A stretch of 64,000 nt of DNA from Planctomycetota bacterium. Its GTDB lineage: Bacteria; Planctomycetota; PLA2; JAEUHO01. The DNA is taken from assembly GCA_050248855.1 (NCBI GenBank), contig JBFWRP010000016.1, positions 1 through 64,000 on the forward strand. The letters are read 5' to 3'. A model generated the notes under the pieces. It did no database searches and was not told where the DNA came from. It saw nothing but the letters and a program-made list of their open reading frames with translations. The translations under genes were made by a program, and so were the position numbers. Shown here piece after piece: positions 54,199 through 63,999 of this stretch (position 1 is the first letter of the stretch; each line of letters begins with the position of its first letter).

Positions 54199-54600
54199 GT
54201 GAGCACCGCAGGTACCCCCCCGCTCTTCCTGCGACTGGCCGTCGTCGTCGGGCTGACGACGCTGGCGATCGGGTTGGTCGGGGCCATCGTGATCGTGTTC
54301 AAGCGGCCGGTCGCCGTTGCCGTCGACGCGCCCCCTGCGCCGCTGCCCCCGGCGGTCGCCGAAGGCTGGGAGGCCTCCGAGGAGTGGAGCGTGGTGGCTC
54401 GTTGGGAAGGCGACGAGGGGGTCCAGGAGGTCGAAGGCACCACGGCCGGTGGGTCGAGCGGGTGGGCCTTCCCCGGTGCGCCGGCGGGCGTGCCGCTCTC
54501 GATCCTCGTGCGCCGGCGCGCCCCCGATGGAACGTGGGACGACGTCACGCAGCTGCGCCGCACCCTGCCGACGCCGGACGCCCGCATCCGGCTCGAGTAG
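54199..54600 (+). CDS. Hypothetical membrane-anchored protein
   Basis: Single N-terminal TM helix, 133 aa, fills the gap between genes. Confidence 0.55.
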   Translation: MSTAGTPPLFLRLAVVVGLTTLAIGLVGAIVIVFKRPVAVAVDAPPAPLPPAVAEGWEASEEWSVVARWEGDEGVQEVEGTTAGGSSGWAFPGAPAGVPLSILVRRRAPDGTWDDVTQLRRTLPTPDARIRLE

Positions 54601-54602
54601 CC

Positions 54603-54947
54603 CTACGCGCCGGCGGGTCCGTCCCAGCGCGCGCGGAGCGTGACGAGGCGGTCGCCCAGCTGCTCCCGCCAGCGCGGCGCGCGCGCCTCGACCTTGGCCA
54701 GCACGCGCTCGGCGGCGTCGGAGAGCGTCACGCCGTGGCGGGCGCACACCTCGGCGAGGGCGGCGAGGGTGTCCCCCACCTCGTCGACAAGCGAGTCGCC
54801 CGGCGGGCTTCCGTACACCTCGTGGTCCAGCACGCAACGAGCGACCTCGCCGGCCTCCTCGACCAGGGCCAGCGCCGTAGCGATCCGCGGATGCTCGAGG
54901 CCCTGCGTGAGGGCCGCGAAACGTGCTTGGAAGTCGGCGATGTCCAT
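54603..54947 (-). CDS. MazG-like nucleotide pyrophosphohydrolase domain protein
   Basis: LVEEAGEVA and DEVGDTL acidic motifs; GGGAG RBS. Confidence 0.82.
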   Translation of the reverse strand: MDIADFQARFAALTQGLEHPRIATALALVEEAGEVARCVLDHEVYGSPPGDSLVDEVGDTLAALAEVCARHGVTLSDAAERVLAKVEARAPRWREQLGDRLVTLRARWDGPAGA

Positions 54948-55032
54948 GGGCGGCTCCCGGTGGGACGGTTGCCAGGCGGGAGCGGCTCGGGGTCCGCTGC
55001 GGCGCCAGGCAGGGGATGCAGGGTTCGGAGCG

Positions 55033-55722
55033 TCAGGGGCGACGCGGTGCGGTCGAGCTGCGGCGGCGCTCGAACACGCGCAGCGTGCGCTCGCCGTCGC
55101 CGGCCTGGGTCGGACCCTCGACGAGGCCCACGCCCGCGGCGACGCGCCGGCCCTCCTCGAGCTCGTCGGCTCCCAGGCCCGGTCCCTTCCAGTGGACGAG
55201 CCGCCCGCCGGGACCGACGAAAGGAGCCGCGATGCGCGTCGCGTCGCCGAGCGTGCCGACCGCGCGCACCAGCACGAGGTCGGCCGCGGCCACCAAGCCG
55301 TGGGCCTCCGTCAGGAGCTCCCGGGCATCGGCCGCGTGGACGGTCACGCGGTCCGCGTAGCCCGCCGCCGCGACGTGCTCGGCGAGCGCGGCCGCCTTGC
55401 GCTGGCGGCGTTCGACGAGATGGACGCGCGCTTCGGGCCACAGGGCCGCAGCCGCGAGGCCCGGAAACCCGTTCCCGCTGCCGATGTCCACGACGAGCCG
55501 CGGCGGCGGCCGGACGGAGGGCCAAGCCTCGGCCACGGCGAGGCTCGGCAGCACGAGGACACGGAGCGCGTCCAGGACACTGCGGGCCCCCGTGAGGTTG
55601 GGACGCGGATGATCGACGAGGCGCTGCACGTACACGAGAAGACGCGCCGCCTCGTCCGGAGCAGGACGACGCGGCGCGTCGAGCGAGAGAAGCAGATCCA
55701 GGGGCGACGGGGCGTCGGTCAC
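55033..55722 (-). CDS. rsmG: 16S rRNA G527 N7-methyltransferase
   Basis: NLTG, DIGSGNGFPG, VERRQRKA, VRAV, WKG. Confidence 0.82.
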   Translation of the reverse strand: MTDAPSPLDLLLSLDAPRRPAPDEAARLLVYVQRLVDHPRPNLTGARSVLDALRVLVLPSLAVAEAWPSVRPPPRLVVDIGSGNGFPGLAAAALWPEARVHLVERRQRKAAALAEHVAAAGYADRVTVHAADARELLTEAHGLVAAADLVLVRAVGTLGDATRIAAPFVGPGGRLVHWKGPGLGADELEEGRRVAAGVGLVEGPTQAGDGERTLRVFERRRSSTAPRRP

Positions 55723-55801
55723 GGGACCAGCGTACGCCCCGCCGCATCGAGGGGGCACACCCCGCCCGCCCGCAGGCGCGCGAGATGCGCGAGCACGGGC
55801 C

Positions 55802-56608
55802 TCAGGCCGAGCGGGCCTGGGCTTCGCGCTCGCGGCGCAGCTGGACGCCGCGCAGCGCAGCCTGACGGGCGATCTCGCGCAGCTCGGCCTCGCGCACGGA
55901 GCGGTAGGCGCGAAGCTCGGCGGCCTGACGCCACACATCGTGCTCCGACTCGATGCCGTCAAGCGCCGGGACCGGAGGCGAGGCGGCAGGGATCAGCAGC
56001 CCTGCGGCCTGGACGGCCTCACCGAGCACCGCGCGCAGCTCGTCCACGAGCGCATCGTTGCCGCTCCAGAGTCCGATCCAGCCGCCGCCGGGAAGCTCGC
56101 GCGTGACGAGCGCCACGCGGTAGCCCGGCGTGTCCGCCACCAGGAAGCGGTAGCCCCTCAGGTGCAGCGGAAGCGGAACCTGGCGCACACGACCGAGGCG
56201 CTGCGTGGGCAGCGGACGAAGGCTCGGATTGAGGCCGAACGTCGCGGCGGATCCGGCCAGCTCGCGCAGCGCGCGGGCCCGCTCACCGAGGTCCTCGGGC
56301 GTAGGCAGCGTCACGAACACGCAGCCGCCGGCGCGCTCGTCGCGCACGGTTTCCTCGATGTCGGCCTCGGTCGCGGCGCGCTCCCGCTCGGAGAGCACCA
56401 GCAAGGTGCCTTCGGGCACGAGCCGCGGATCGAGCGCGTCTTCGACGGGGCGCGGCGAGCGAAGCGACTGGGGATCGTGCAGCCCCTGCTCCAACAGGAC
56501 GCGCTCGACGGCGTCGAAGACGCGGTCCCATTGAGGCAGGTGCCGGGGCCCATACGGCACGGGATCGGGCCCCGCGTTGACGGGGTACTTGGGGAGGGGG
56601 GAGATCAT
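55802..56608 (-). CDS. Putative DICT-like sensory domain protein
   Basis: FLVADTPGYRVALVTRE..WIGLWSGNDALV resembles the DICT C-terminal pattern; C-terminal coiled coil. Confidence 0.5.
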   Translation of the reverse strand: MISPLPKYPVNAGPDPVPYGPRHLPQWDRVFDAVERVLLEQGLHDPQSLRSPRPVEDALDPRLVPEGTLLVLSERERAATEADIEETVRDERAGGCVFVTLPTPEDLGERARALRELAGSAATFGLNPSLRPLPTQRLGRVRQVPLPLHLRGYRFLVADTPGYRVALVTRELPGGGWIGLWSGNDALVDELRAVLGEAVQAAGLLIPAASPPVPALDGIESEHDVWRQAAELRAYRSVREAELREIARQAALRGVQLRREREAQARSA

Positions 56609-56914
56609 GGGGAGGGGGTCTCCTCGGGGCTGCTGCCCCGGGGCACTGCGGTCCGTGGGGAAATCGGCGAGGGCGATGACCCACCACGCGGCAGGCCGTT
56701 CTTGGTACGTCGTTGGACGCACGCCGGTTGGGGTGGTTTCGCCGGGCCTTCGGACCGACCTGCCAAAGTGGCAGGATCTGAGGTGCAGTTCCGACCTAAG
56801 TCGTTTGTTTCCAGCGACTAAGGTCCGTGCAAAGGTTCGGCAACATCACACTGACGTAACGAGGAATCCGAATCACCGAAGCGCTCGAGCGGGCGGCCGC
56901 TCCAAGGACCCGGG

Positions 56915-58075
56915 TCAGCGCGCCGCGGCGGCGAAGAGCGGGCTCTCGGGGAAGTGCTTCGCGGGCAGGGGCGAGGCGGCAGCGCGCTCTTGGACGGCCT
57001 TGACCAGCAGCGGCCACGTGACGGTCGCGTCGGCCAGCACCTCGCTGTAGCGGCCACCGTGGCGCGGGTGGACGAACTTGCCCCAGGAGACGCCTTCTTC
57101 GTACGTGCAGCCGGAGAGGCCGCCCCAGTGCACGGGCTCCGGGCAGAGCCGGATGCCGTAGCCGAACTGGCGGAGCGGCAGGTCGGTGCCGAGACGGTGG
57201 TTGGTGATCTCGAGATACGGCGCGACCTGCTGGGCCCAGTTGCGCGGCGCCCCGCCGCCCACCGTGAAGATGCCGACCTTGGGCGCTGCGATCACCTGCG
57301 CCGTGTAGGCCTCGAGGTCGAGGAAGCCGTCGTAGATCGGGTAGGCCCGGCCTTCGGTGCGGCTGCGGCGCTGGAAGAGCGCCACGTCGAGGCCGATCTC
57401 GGAGTCGGTGAATGCCGGTACGTAGACGGGCACCTTGTGTTCCCAGGCGGCCTTGAGCACGCCGCGGCCCGGGACGTTGTCGACCAGCCACCGCCCGAGG
57501 CGCGCGTGCAGGTCGGCGCTGCCGAACGCGGCGTCCGCCGGCATCTGGGCCAGGACCTGGTCGACGATCAGCTGGATGTCGTCCAGGCTCTGCTCGAGCT
57601 CGAGCGTGTCGTAGACGCGGTCGTAGCCCTTCTCGTAGAGCTCCTGGTCGTCCATGTGCGGATCGTGCTTGAAGTGGTTGCGGCCCGTCGCTTCGACGAA
57701 GCCGTGGCACATCAGCGCGCCCGTCGAGACGATGGCGTGGATCCAGCCCTGCTCGATCATGTCGCAGAGCACGAGGCCCATCTTCGCGATCGTCATGGCG
57801 CCCGAAAGGGTGCAGACGACCATGCAGTCGGGGTCGCGCAGCATGGCCTCGAGCACATCGGCGGCTTCGCCGAGGGAGCGTCCCGCGAACGCCGTACGGG
57901 ACATGGCACGCACGAGGTCGTCAGCCGTGCGGACCTGCGCCAGGTCCAAGGGAACGAGCGGGACGAGGCCATCGCCGACGCCGTCGTGCAGCTCGCGCGT
58001 GTCGCCGTCGGATGCCGCGGGCTTGCCCGGAGGGTGGTGCTTGTCGTGTCCGTGCTTGCCGTGACCGTGGCCCAC
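56915..58075 (-). CDS. Deoxyhypusine synthase-like protein (possible homospermidine synthase)
   Basis: STGALMCH, PAFTDSEIG, GGGAPRNW, GGLSGCTYEEGVSWGKF (catalytic Lys retained), DATV. Confidence 0.9.
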   Translation of the reverse strand: MGHGHGKHGHDKHHPPGKPAASDGDTRELHDGVGDGLVPLVPLDLAQVRTADDLVRAMSRTAFAGRSLGEAADVLEAMLRDPDCMVVCTLSGAMTIAKMGLVLCDMIEQGWIHAIVSTGALMCHGFVEATGRNHFKHDPHMDDQELYEKGYDRVYDTLELEQSLDDIQLIVDQVLAQMPADAAFGSADLHARLGRWLVDNVPGRGVLKAAWEHKVPVYVPAFTDSEIGLDVALFQRRSRTEGRAYPIYDGFLDLEAYTAQVIAAPKVGIFTVGGGAPRNWAQQVAPYLEITNHRLGTDLPLRQFGYGIRLCPEPVHWGGLSGCTYEEGVSWGKFVHPRHGGRYSEVLADATVTWPLLVKAVQERAAASPLPAKHFPESPLFAAAAR

Positions 58076-58538
58076 GTTTGCCTCCCGGCCCGGCGCGCAC
58101 GCCGAGCCCGCGGAGGATGACCGCACCCGCGGCCCCTGTCACGCCCCGACTGTGGCGGCAACCGTACCCAGCCGGGGTGGGAGAGGCGGGATGTGGCTCG
58201 AGCTTGCCGTGGTTCGCTACTGCTGGCGTTGGATGTCCGCCGCACGCACGAGACCGTACCGAGCCAGGTGAGCGCCCCCCCTCCTCGCTGCCAAGACTCC
58301 CGCGGTGTCGCAGCCCAGCGCGGCGAGGAGTGGTGGCTTCACCCGGCTCGTCCCCCGGGCTGCGAGAGGCGGGATCTGGACCGCGCCGACGGCATCGTCC
58401 CCCCCCCAACACGAGTGCAGGGTGGATCGCGGTCGCTGCCAGCCCCGTCCGCCGACGGGATCAAGCCCCGTGCGCTCGCCATCGGCTCGTCAGGGCGAAG
58501 GCGCCGCCAAGCGATCCGCGACGACTCGTGGTCCGCGT

Positions 58539-58558
58539 CGGCCTGCCTTGGCAGGCCG
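58539..58558. terminator. GC-rich hairpin downstream of the pilin operon
   Basis: CGGCCTGCC-TT-GGCAGGCCG perfect inverted repeat; no U-tract. Confidence 0.3.
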
Positions 58559-58647
58559 CACCAAGGGCAGCGCCTTGAGGAGCGGATCGCGCCGGCGCCG
58601 CCGAGCACTCGGCGAGCCGTTCGCGCTACGGGACAAGCGTCAGCCGA

Positions 58648-59658
58648 CTACAAATCGTGGGCGGAGGCGATGAGCTGGGAGGCAAAGACCACCGTCTGGG
58701 CGCCGACGCTGGGGGCTTCCACGGTGAGACGCATCCACACCTTCCGCGAGCCGCTGCCGCCGACGATCTTGACCTCGAAGCCGTGCGGCCACCAGTCGTT
58801 GTCGCGGGTCAGCCAGGCCCGGCGCTCGTACGACTGCCGCGTGATGTCGCTCGGACACAGCTGCAGCGCGGCGTAGACGAGGCTACCCACGTTGCTGACG
58901 TTCATGTCCTCGAGGATCGTGAACGACGCCTCGGGCACGGCCGAGATGGCCCCGAAGGTGTCCATGGCGTAGAAGCTGTCCCCGACATTGCCGCTCGGGT
59001 CCCAGGCGTACTGGTAGTGGAACCGGTTCACCAGCTCCTTCACGGCGTTCTCGCGCTGCGCTGCCGTAGGCAGCCCGATGATCTGCATGTAGTTCGGATA
59101 CGTCTCGCTGCGCCAGACGATCAAGTCCCGGGCGGGCGTGACCGGCTTCTTCTGCGTGACCACGGTCGGGGTGTCCGCGGGGTAGACGTAGATGAAGCGG
59201 TACGTATCGATGTAGCGCACCGTCCCTGCCACGGGGTCCACGACGACCTCCGCCGGGTCCGACTCACGGACGAAGAAGAGGCTGTTGCCCGTCAGCTTCT
59301 GGTCGATCTCGTCGGGCACCAGATCGCCGAGCGGGTCGATGATCGGCAGCCGTGCGTCCGGGGCGGCGGGGATGCGGCGGATCTCCAGTGCAGCCAGGTA
59401 GTCGGCACCGACCGTATCGCGTCCGAACAGGCGGCGGCTGGCGCTGACGAGCTCGCGCAGCTTGTAGGCCAAGCGCTGGCCCTTGTCCGTCGCCAGCTGC
59501 GTGGCCGCGATGTGCTTGTCGGCCTGCGACGTGGTCGTGAAGGTCCGCTCCACCAAGTAGGCGAGCATCGACGTCATCGTGAGCACCAGCACGATCTCGA
59601 GGAAGGTGAAGCCCGCCTCGGACGCGCGCCGCGGCCGTCGTCCGCTAGCGGTTGACAT
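58648..59658 (-). CDS. Prepilin-type (PilW/GspJ-like) minor pilin
   Basis: Class III signal G|FTFLEIVLVL; overlaps the upstream gene's stop. Confidence 0.82.
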   Translation of the reverse strand: MSTASGRRPRRASEAGFTFLEIVLVLTMTSMLAYLVERTFTTTSQADKHIAATQLATDKGQRLAYKLRELVSASRRLFGRDTVGADYLAALEIRRIPAAPDARLPIIDPLGDLVPDEIDQKLTGNSLFFVRESDPAEVVVDPVAGTVRYIDTYRFIYVYPADTPTVVTQKKPVTPARDLIVWRSETYPNYMQIIGLPTAAQRENAVKELVNRFHYQYAWDPSGNVGDSFYAMDTFGAISAVPEASFTILEDMNVSNVGSLVYAALQLCPSDITRQSYERRAWLTRDNDWWPHGFEVKIVGGSGSRKVWMRLTVEAPSVGAQTVVFASQLIASAHDL

Positions 59659-62600
59659 AGATCTTCTCCATGTGCTGCGAGTAGTGGAGGGGCTCGCTGC
59701 GCCGGTAGGCCTCGACACGGATCAGGTAGGAGCCCTTGGGCAGCTTGGCCGCCGGCGTGACCCAGATGTAGGTCTCGTCGCCGAGCGGATTGAGGTCCGA
59801 CAGGGTCTTGGACGCGTCCGGCGCCCCCGCGGTGTCGTCCCACGGCAGGATGCCCAGCTGCGTCGGCGTGTCGTCGAGCATGTTGATCCACGAGGCGCCG
59901 CCGTCGCGGCTGTAGCTGGGGACGTACACCAGGTCCGACTCGGCCTCGGCGAAGGTATCCGAGTAGCTCTGCGTGTACTTGAGCCCGTCCCAGCGCTTCC
60001 ATTCCACGGACCAGATGAGGGGGATGACGGCCGGCAGCTCGAGCTCGGTGAGCAGCGTGGGTGTCCGGATCTGGACGCGCGGCAGCTGCTTGATGCGGTT
60101 GGGGGCACTGACACCACCTGCGAAGTAGCTGTGGATCAGCGACAGCATGCTGTAGCGGGCGATGAACGCCGAGCCGCTCTCCAGGGTGCGGTCGATGCCG
60201 TTCACCACGATGTATCCGCCTCGGGGATTCGTGCCCGGCTCGCGCAAGCGCACGAGAGCACTCCCGATGGTTCCGATCTGGTGATCGTAGAAGCGGCGCA
60301 CGACCGACGCCGAGAACCGCGGGTACTCCGTCGTGTAGGAGAACTCCGGACCGGTGCCGCCGCTGTAGTTGATGTTGAGCGCGAACGGACGGCTGATCAG
60401 CGCAGTACTCGGCAGGGGGAAGTTGTAGTTGTCGGCCAGCTGCGGCCCGTCGTCGACCAAGTTGCCGCTCTGACCATCCGCGTACTGGTGGTGGAACGTG
60501 GCCGAGGCGCTACCGATGTTGAAGACCGACGTACAGCCCTCGTCCGCCAGGCGGGCGAACACGTTGGAGAAGCGCGTGCCGAGAGGCAGCTGCGTCGTCG
60601 TGACGTCGCCGCGACGCATCAGGCGGAAGGCGCCCACCGCCGCCGTGGACGAGGCCCTGAGGTTGCCCCACGTCGCCCACTGGGTGGCATACGCGGGGTC
60701 GGGGTAGAGCTCGCCGATCCACGGCTTGCTCCACCAGTACCCCGCTCCGGCGCGGAAGCTGCTGTCGGCCCCAAGCGTGCTGCGCACGTACTTCAGGCTT
60801 CCGCGCAGCGTGGACGTCCCGTTGTCCGGGATGATCGTGTTCTCGTACACCGTGCCCGTCAGGCCGAAGGGCGTGCCGTCCATCGGGATGCTGTCGCTGA
60901 AGCCGTTGGCCGCGTCGTACCCGACGTCGCCACCGACGGACAGGTAGTAGTAGGAGAAGCCCGTCAGCGTGGTGTAGATGGCCTCGGTCTTGACGATCGC
61001 GTTGCGCAGCCACGACAGGAGGCGCGGCACGTCCAACGAGCTGCCGCGGTTCCCTTGCCACGCATGGCGCAGGCGGTTGCCATCGAGCCCCGGCCAGTCG
61101 CCCCACACGTTGCCGCTGTCCACCAGGTCATCGAAGTACCAGTTGTAGCCGTTGGGGCTGGTCGCGCCATGGCGGTCGCAGTCGGCGTACGGCATGTGGC
61201 GCGGGTCGCCCTGGAACTGGTACCGCTCGCTGAACGGAATGTCCGCCGCGGAGTCCGTGTACCACGCATAAGTCGCGCTCTTGTTGGCCGGCTGGTGTCG
61301 CGTGGGCCACAGGGTTCCCGTCGTCGCGTCCTGGCCCCAGCGGGTCTCGAGCCGCACCACGCGGTCGATCGCGTCGCCGTCACTGCCGCCGGGCGTGGAT
61401 GCGAAGCCCGTCCGCAGCGAGCCGGGCGACATTGCGATGCGCCAACGCGCCGTGTTCTTGGGCACGTAGGCCGTGTCGTACAGGTCGCGCGCGAAGCGAT
61501 CGCCGCCCGCCGCCGTCGTGGCCGGCATCGGGCAGGGGATGTAGTCCATTTCGTAGAGGCGGCGGTCTGCGGGAAGGCCGCGGCCCGAGGTGGTGTCGTG
61601 GCCCGTCTCGAGCGGCGTGCCGTAGAGCCAGATCAAGGTCTGCGTACCGTCGTAGCGGATATCGAACCACATCTCGCCACGCCGGTAGCCTCCATCGTGG
61701 ATGCCGTTGCCGTTGCCATCGACGAGGGGCTCGGCCGCATCCCAGGTGCTGTCGCCGTCCACGTCAAGGAACGGCTCGCCGTACTGGCTCACGTACGTGT
61801 TCACCTGCGAGGCGTCGTTCGCGTCGTAGGTGACGGGATCCCAAGGCTGCCAGGCCGGCGCAGGGGACACGGTGGGCAGGTCGCGCATGCCGTTGCCGTT
61901 GACGTCCCAGTAGGGCTCTTCGCCGTCCCATCGACCGTTGCCGTTGGCGTCCGTGTAGGTCTCTTCGGGAGCGCTCGTGTCGAACTGGCCGTCGCCGTTG
62001 TAGTCCGCGGCGAGCGGCTCGCTCGCGGCCGTGTAGACGCCGTCGCCGTCGAGATCCGTGAAGGGCTCCGAGGGATCTCGGCTGCCGTTCCCGTCCAGAT
62101 CGAGGTAGACCTCGGCCACCTGGCGCCGGAGGTCGGCATTGGTGTCCGTGAAGACGTCCGGGTAGCGCGTGGCGCGCGTCCAGTCCTGGTACGGATCCTG
62201 CGCGGCGTCGCCATTCGCATCGATCCCGCCGGCCAAGCGCTCGATGACGAGCGAGGGGTTGGTCGCCGCGTTGACGGACTCGTGGAAGCGCCCCCCGGGA
62301 ATCGAGAGCATGATCGGCATGCTCGTGCTCCACAGCGAGTCGTTGTTCCAGTCCTCGAAGGGCTCGCCGGCGTCGTACGCGCCATTGCCGTTCAGGTCGG
62401 TGAAGGGCTCCTGCTGCGTCGTGAGCGTTTCGAGGCCCGACACGCCCTGCCACTGCGTCTTGTAGGCGTAGACACGCCAGGCGATCTCCTGCGAGCTGGC
62501 GGGGCTGCCGGCCACGCGTACCGAACGGAGGCGCTCGGGGTGCGTCACGGCGCGCCAGCCGGCCTTGACGTCCGGGATCTTGGCGGCGTCGCTGTAGTTG

Positions 62601-63781
62601 CGCACGGCGGGCATGGGCAGGAGCTCGCCGTGGAGGTTGATCAGGATCGCATTGTGGTAGCGGTCCGGCTGCGCGATCATCCGATCGAGCAGCATGCGCC
62701 ACGTCGGGATCTCGGGGTCCTCTTGACCCGCGGCCACGCGTGCTTCGAAGCGTGCGATCTCGTCAGGGCTGCGCATGCAGTGGTTGTGCATGTCGGCCAG
62801 CGCGATCGGAACCGGGTTGCCTGCATCCCAGCTGAGGTCGCCGTCGAGGTCGGTCCACACTTCGCCGGGGTCACGGCGGCCGTTGCCGTTGGTGTCCGTG
62901 AACGGCTCCATGGGCTGGATGTCGTTCTGGAACGTCGGGGCCAGCTCACCGTCCAGGTTGACGCGGGCTGCAAAGCGCTGCGCGACATAGTAGCGCTGGG
63001 CGCTGCTGCCATCAGGCATGCGGCCGGGGTAGACGTAGGCCCACGGCGTGGGATCCGTGCTGATGCGCGCCTCGTTCGTGTAGGGCGCGTACTCGTCGTC
63101 ACGGCCGTAGCCGGACTTGGTGATCCAGTGCGTGCGGAAGCGCAGGCCGGGATTGCGGCCCTCCAGGTCGGTCAGCGTGGCCTCGACGAACGGCTGGATG
63201 GCGTCCATGAACACCCACCAGCCCGGCACGTTGTCCAGCGCCAGCAGGTACACGTCGTAGACCTGGGTGCTGGGGAACGAGTCGCCGATCGTCCGGATCA
63301 CGCCCGAGACTTCGGCCATCTTCTCGCCCGGATCGGCGTCGCCGGCACGGCGCCGGAAGATGCGCACGGTGCAGATGCGCAGGTCGCGCGTGTTCACCGT
63401 GGGGAAGCGGCGCACGGAGATCTGCCGCTGCCAGGCCCAGACCCCGATGTTGTTCGTGTTGCCCGACGCCGGATGCTCCGGATGCAGGAAGGAGCCCGGG
63501 TCGTCCGGATCCGGCTGGATGGTCAAGTTCGGTCGCCACGACACGCCGTCGTCGAACCCGTCGAGGTCGGCCGCCACCTCGCCTTCACCGCCCTCCACGT
63601 AGGCGCGGAGCTCGGCCAGGATCGAGAGCGCCTTCTGCCGGGCGAAGATCCGATCCTGCGACCAGTCCGCGCGCTGGGTCCCGCGCGTCACGTGCGCCGC
63701 TGCCGCCATCGCCGCCAAGGCGACGAGGGCTGCAGCAATGAGCAGCTCGATGAAGCTGAATCCGTTCGGGCGCGGGCGCAT
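59645..63781 (-). CDS. Giant prepilin-type protein (about 1378 aa) with Asp-rich Ca-binding-like repeats
   Basis: Class III signal G|FSFIELLI; about 12 E-P-F-x-D-x-(N/D)-G-(N/D)-G-x-x-D units; TGATG coupling to the upstream gene. Confidence 0.85.
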   Translation of the reverse strand: MRPRPNGFSFIELLIAAALVALAAMAAAAHVTRGTQRADWSQDRIFARQKALSILAELRAYVEGGEGEVAADLDGFDDGVSWRPNLTIQPDPDDPGSFLHPEHPASGNTNNIGVWAWQRQISVRRFPTVNTRDLRICTVRIFRRRAGDADPGEKMAEVSGVIRTIGDSFPSTQVYDVYLLALDNVPGWWVFMDAIQPFVEATLTDLEGRNPGLRFRTHWITKSGYGRDDEYAPYTNEARISTDPTPWAYVYPGRMPDGSSAQRYYVAQRFAARVNLDGELAPTFQNDIQPMEPFTDTNGNGRRDPGEVWTDLDGDLSWDAGNPVPIALADMHNHCMRSPDEIARFEARVAAGQEDPEIPTWRMLLDRMIAQPDRYHNAILINLHGELLPMPAVRNYSDAAKIPDVKAGWRAVTHPERLRSVRVAGSPASSQEIAWRVYAYKTQWQGVSGLETLTTQQEPFTDLNGNGAYDAGEPFEDWNNDSLWSTSMPIMLSIPGGRFHESVNAATNPSLVIERLAGGIDANGDAAQDPYQDWTRATRYPDVFTDTNADLRRQVAEVYLDLDGNGSRDPSEPFTDLDGDGVYTAASEPLAADYNGDGQFDTSAPEETYTDANGNGRWDGEEPYWDVNGNGMRDLPTVSPAPAWQPWDPVTYDANDASQVNTYVSQYGEPFLDVDGDSTWDAAEPLVDGNGNGIHDGGYRRGEMWFDIRYDGTQTLIWLYGTPLETGHDTTSGRGLPADRRLYEMDYIPCPMPATTAAGGDRFARDLYDTAYVPKNTARWRIAMSPGSLRTGFASTPGGSDGDAIDRVVRLETRWGQDATTGTLWPTRHQPANKSATYAWYTDSAADIPFSERYQFQGDPRHMPYADCDRHGATSPNGYNWYFDDLVDSGNVWGDWPGLDGNRLRHAWQGNRGSSLDVPRLLSWLRNAIVKTEAIYTTLTGFSYYYLSVGGDVGYDAANGFSDSIPMDGTPFGLTGTVYENTIIPDNGTSTLRGSLKYVRSTLGADSSFRAGAGYWWSKPWIGELYPDPAYATQWATWGNLRASSTAAVGAFRLMRRGDVTTTQLPLGTRFSNVFARLADEGCTSVFNIGSASATFHHQYADGQSGNLVDDGPQLADNYNFPLPSTALISRPFALNINYSGGTGPEFSYTTEYPRFSASVVRRFYDHQIGTIGSALVRLREPGTNPRGGYIVVNGIDRTLESGSAFIARYSMLSLIHSYFAGGVSAPNRIKQLPRVQIRTPTLLTELELPAVIPLIWSVEWKRWDGLKYTQSYSDTFAEAESDLVYVPSYSRDGGASWINMLDDTPTQLGILPWDDTAGAPDASKTLSDLNPLGDETYIWVTPAAKLPKGSYLIRVEAYRRSEPLHYSQHMEKIYVNR

Positions 63782-63999
63782 CAAGCACCTCCCGGCGTGG
63801 GACGGGGGATGTCACCCACGTCGGCACGATGAATGGCCTGGGTAAAGCGGTACTGGCCGAGGTTCTGGAGCAGCCTTCGGACGACCTCGTCGTCCTGCTG
63901 CAGCTCGACGTGGTCGCCGCCGAGCCCGCGCAGGTCGGCCCGCCCGCCGACGATCACGGTCCCCGTGAGCAGGGCCGGGGCGCGGACGGTCAGGTCCCC
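63781..63999 (-). CDS. 3' end of a gene (possibly PilX-like) truncated by the window edge
   Basis: Open frame GDLTVRAPALLTGTVIVGGRADL..GQYRF..GGA* ending at TGA 63783-63781. Confidence 0.6.
   Translation of the reverse strand, partial: GDLTVRAPALLTGTVIVGGRADLRGLGGDHVELQQDDEVVRRLLQNLGQYRFTQAIHRADVGDIPRPTPGGA

Noticed and set aside
54603..54947. MazG as part of an anti-phage or toxin-antitoxin system
   Set aside because: Single small gene following rsmG with no defence-associated neighbours
58470..58495. Hammerhead ribozyme (minus strand CUGACGA-GCC-GAU-GGC-GAG)
   Set aside because: The required GAAA after stem II is GAGC, and stems I and III are not evident
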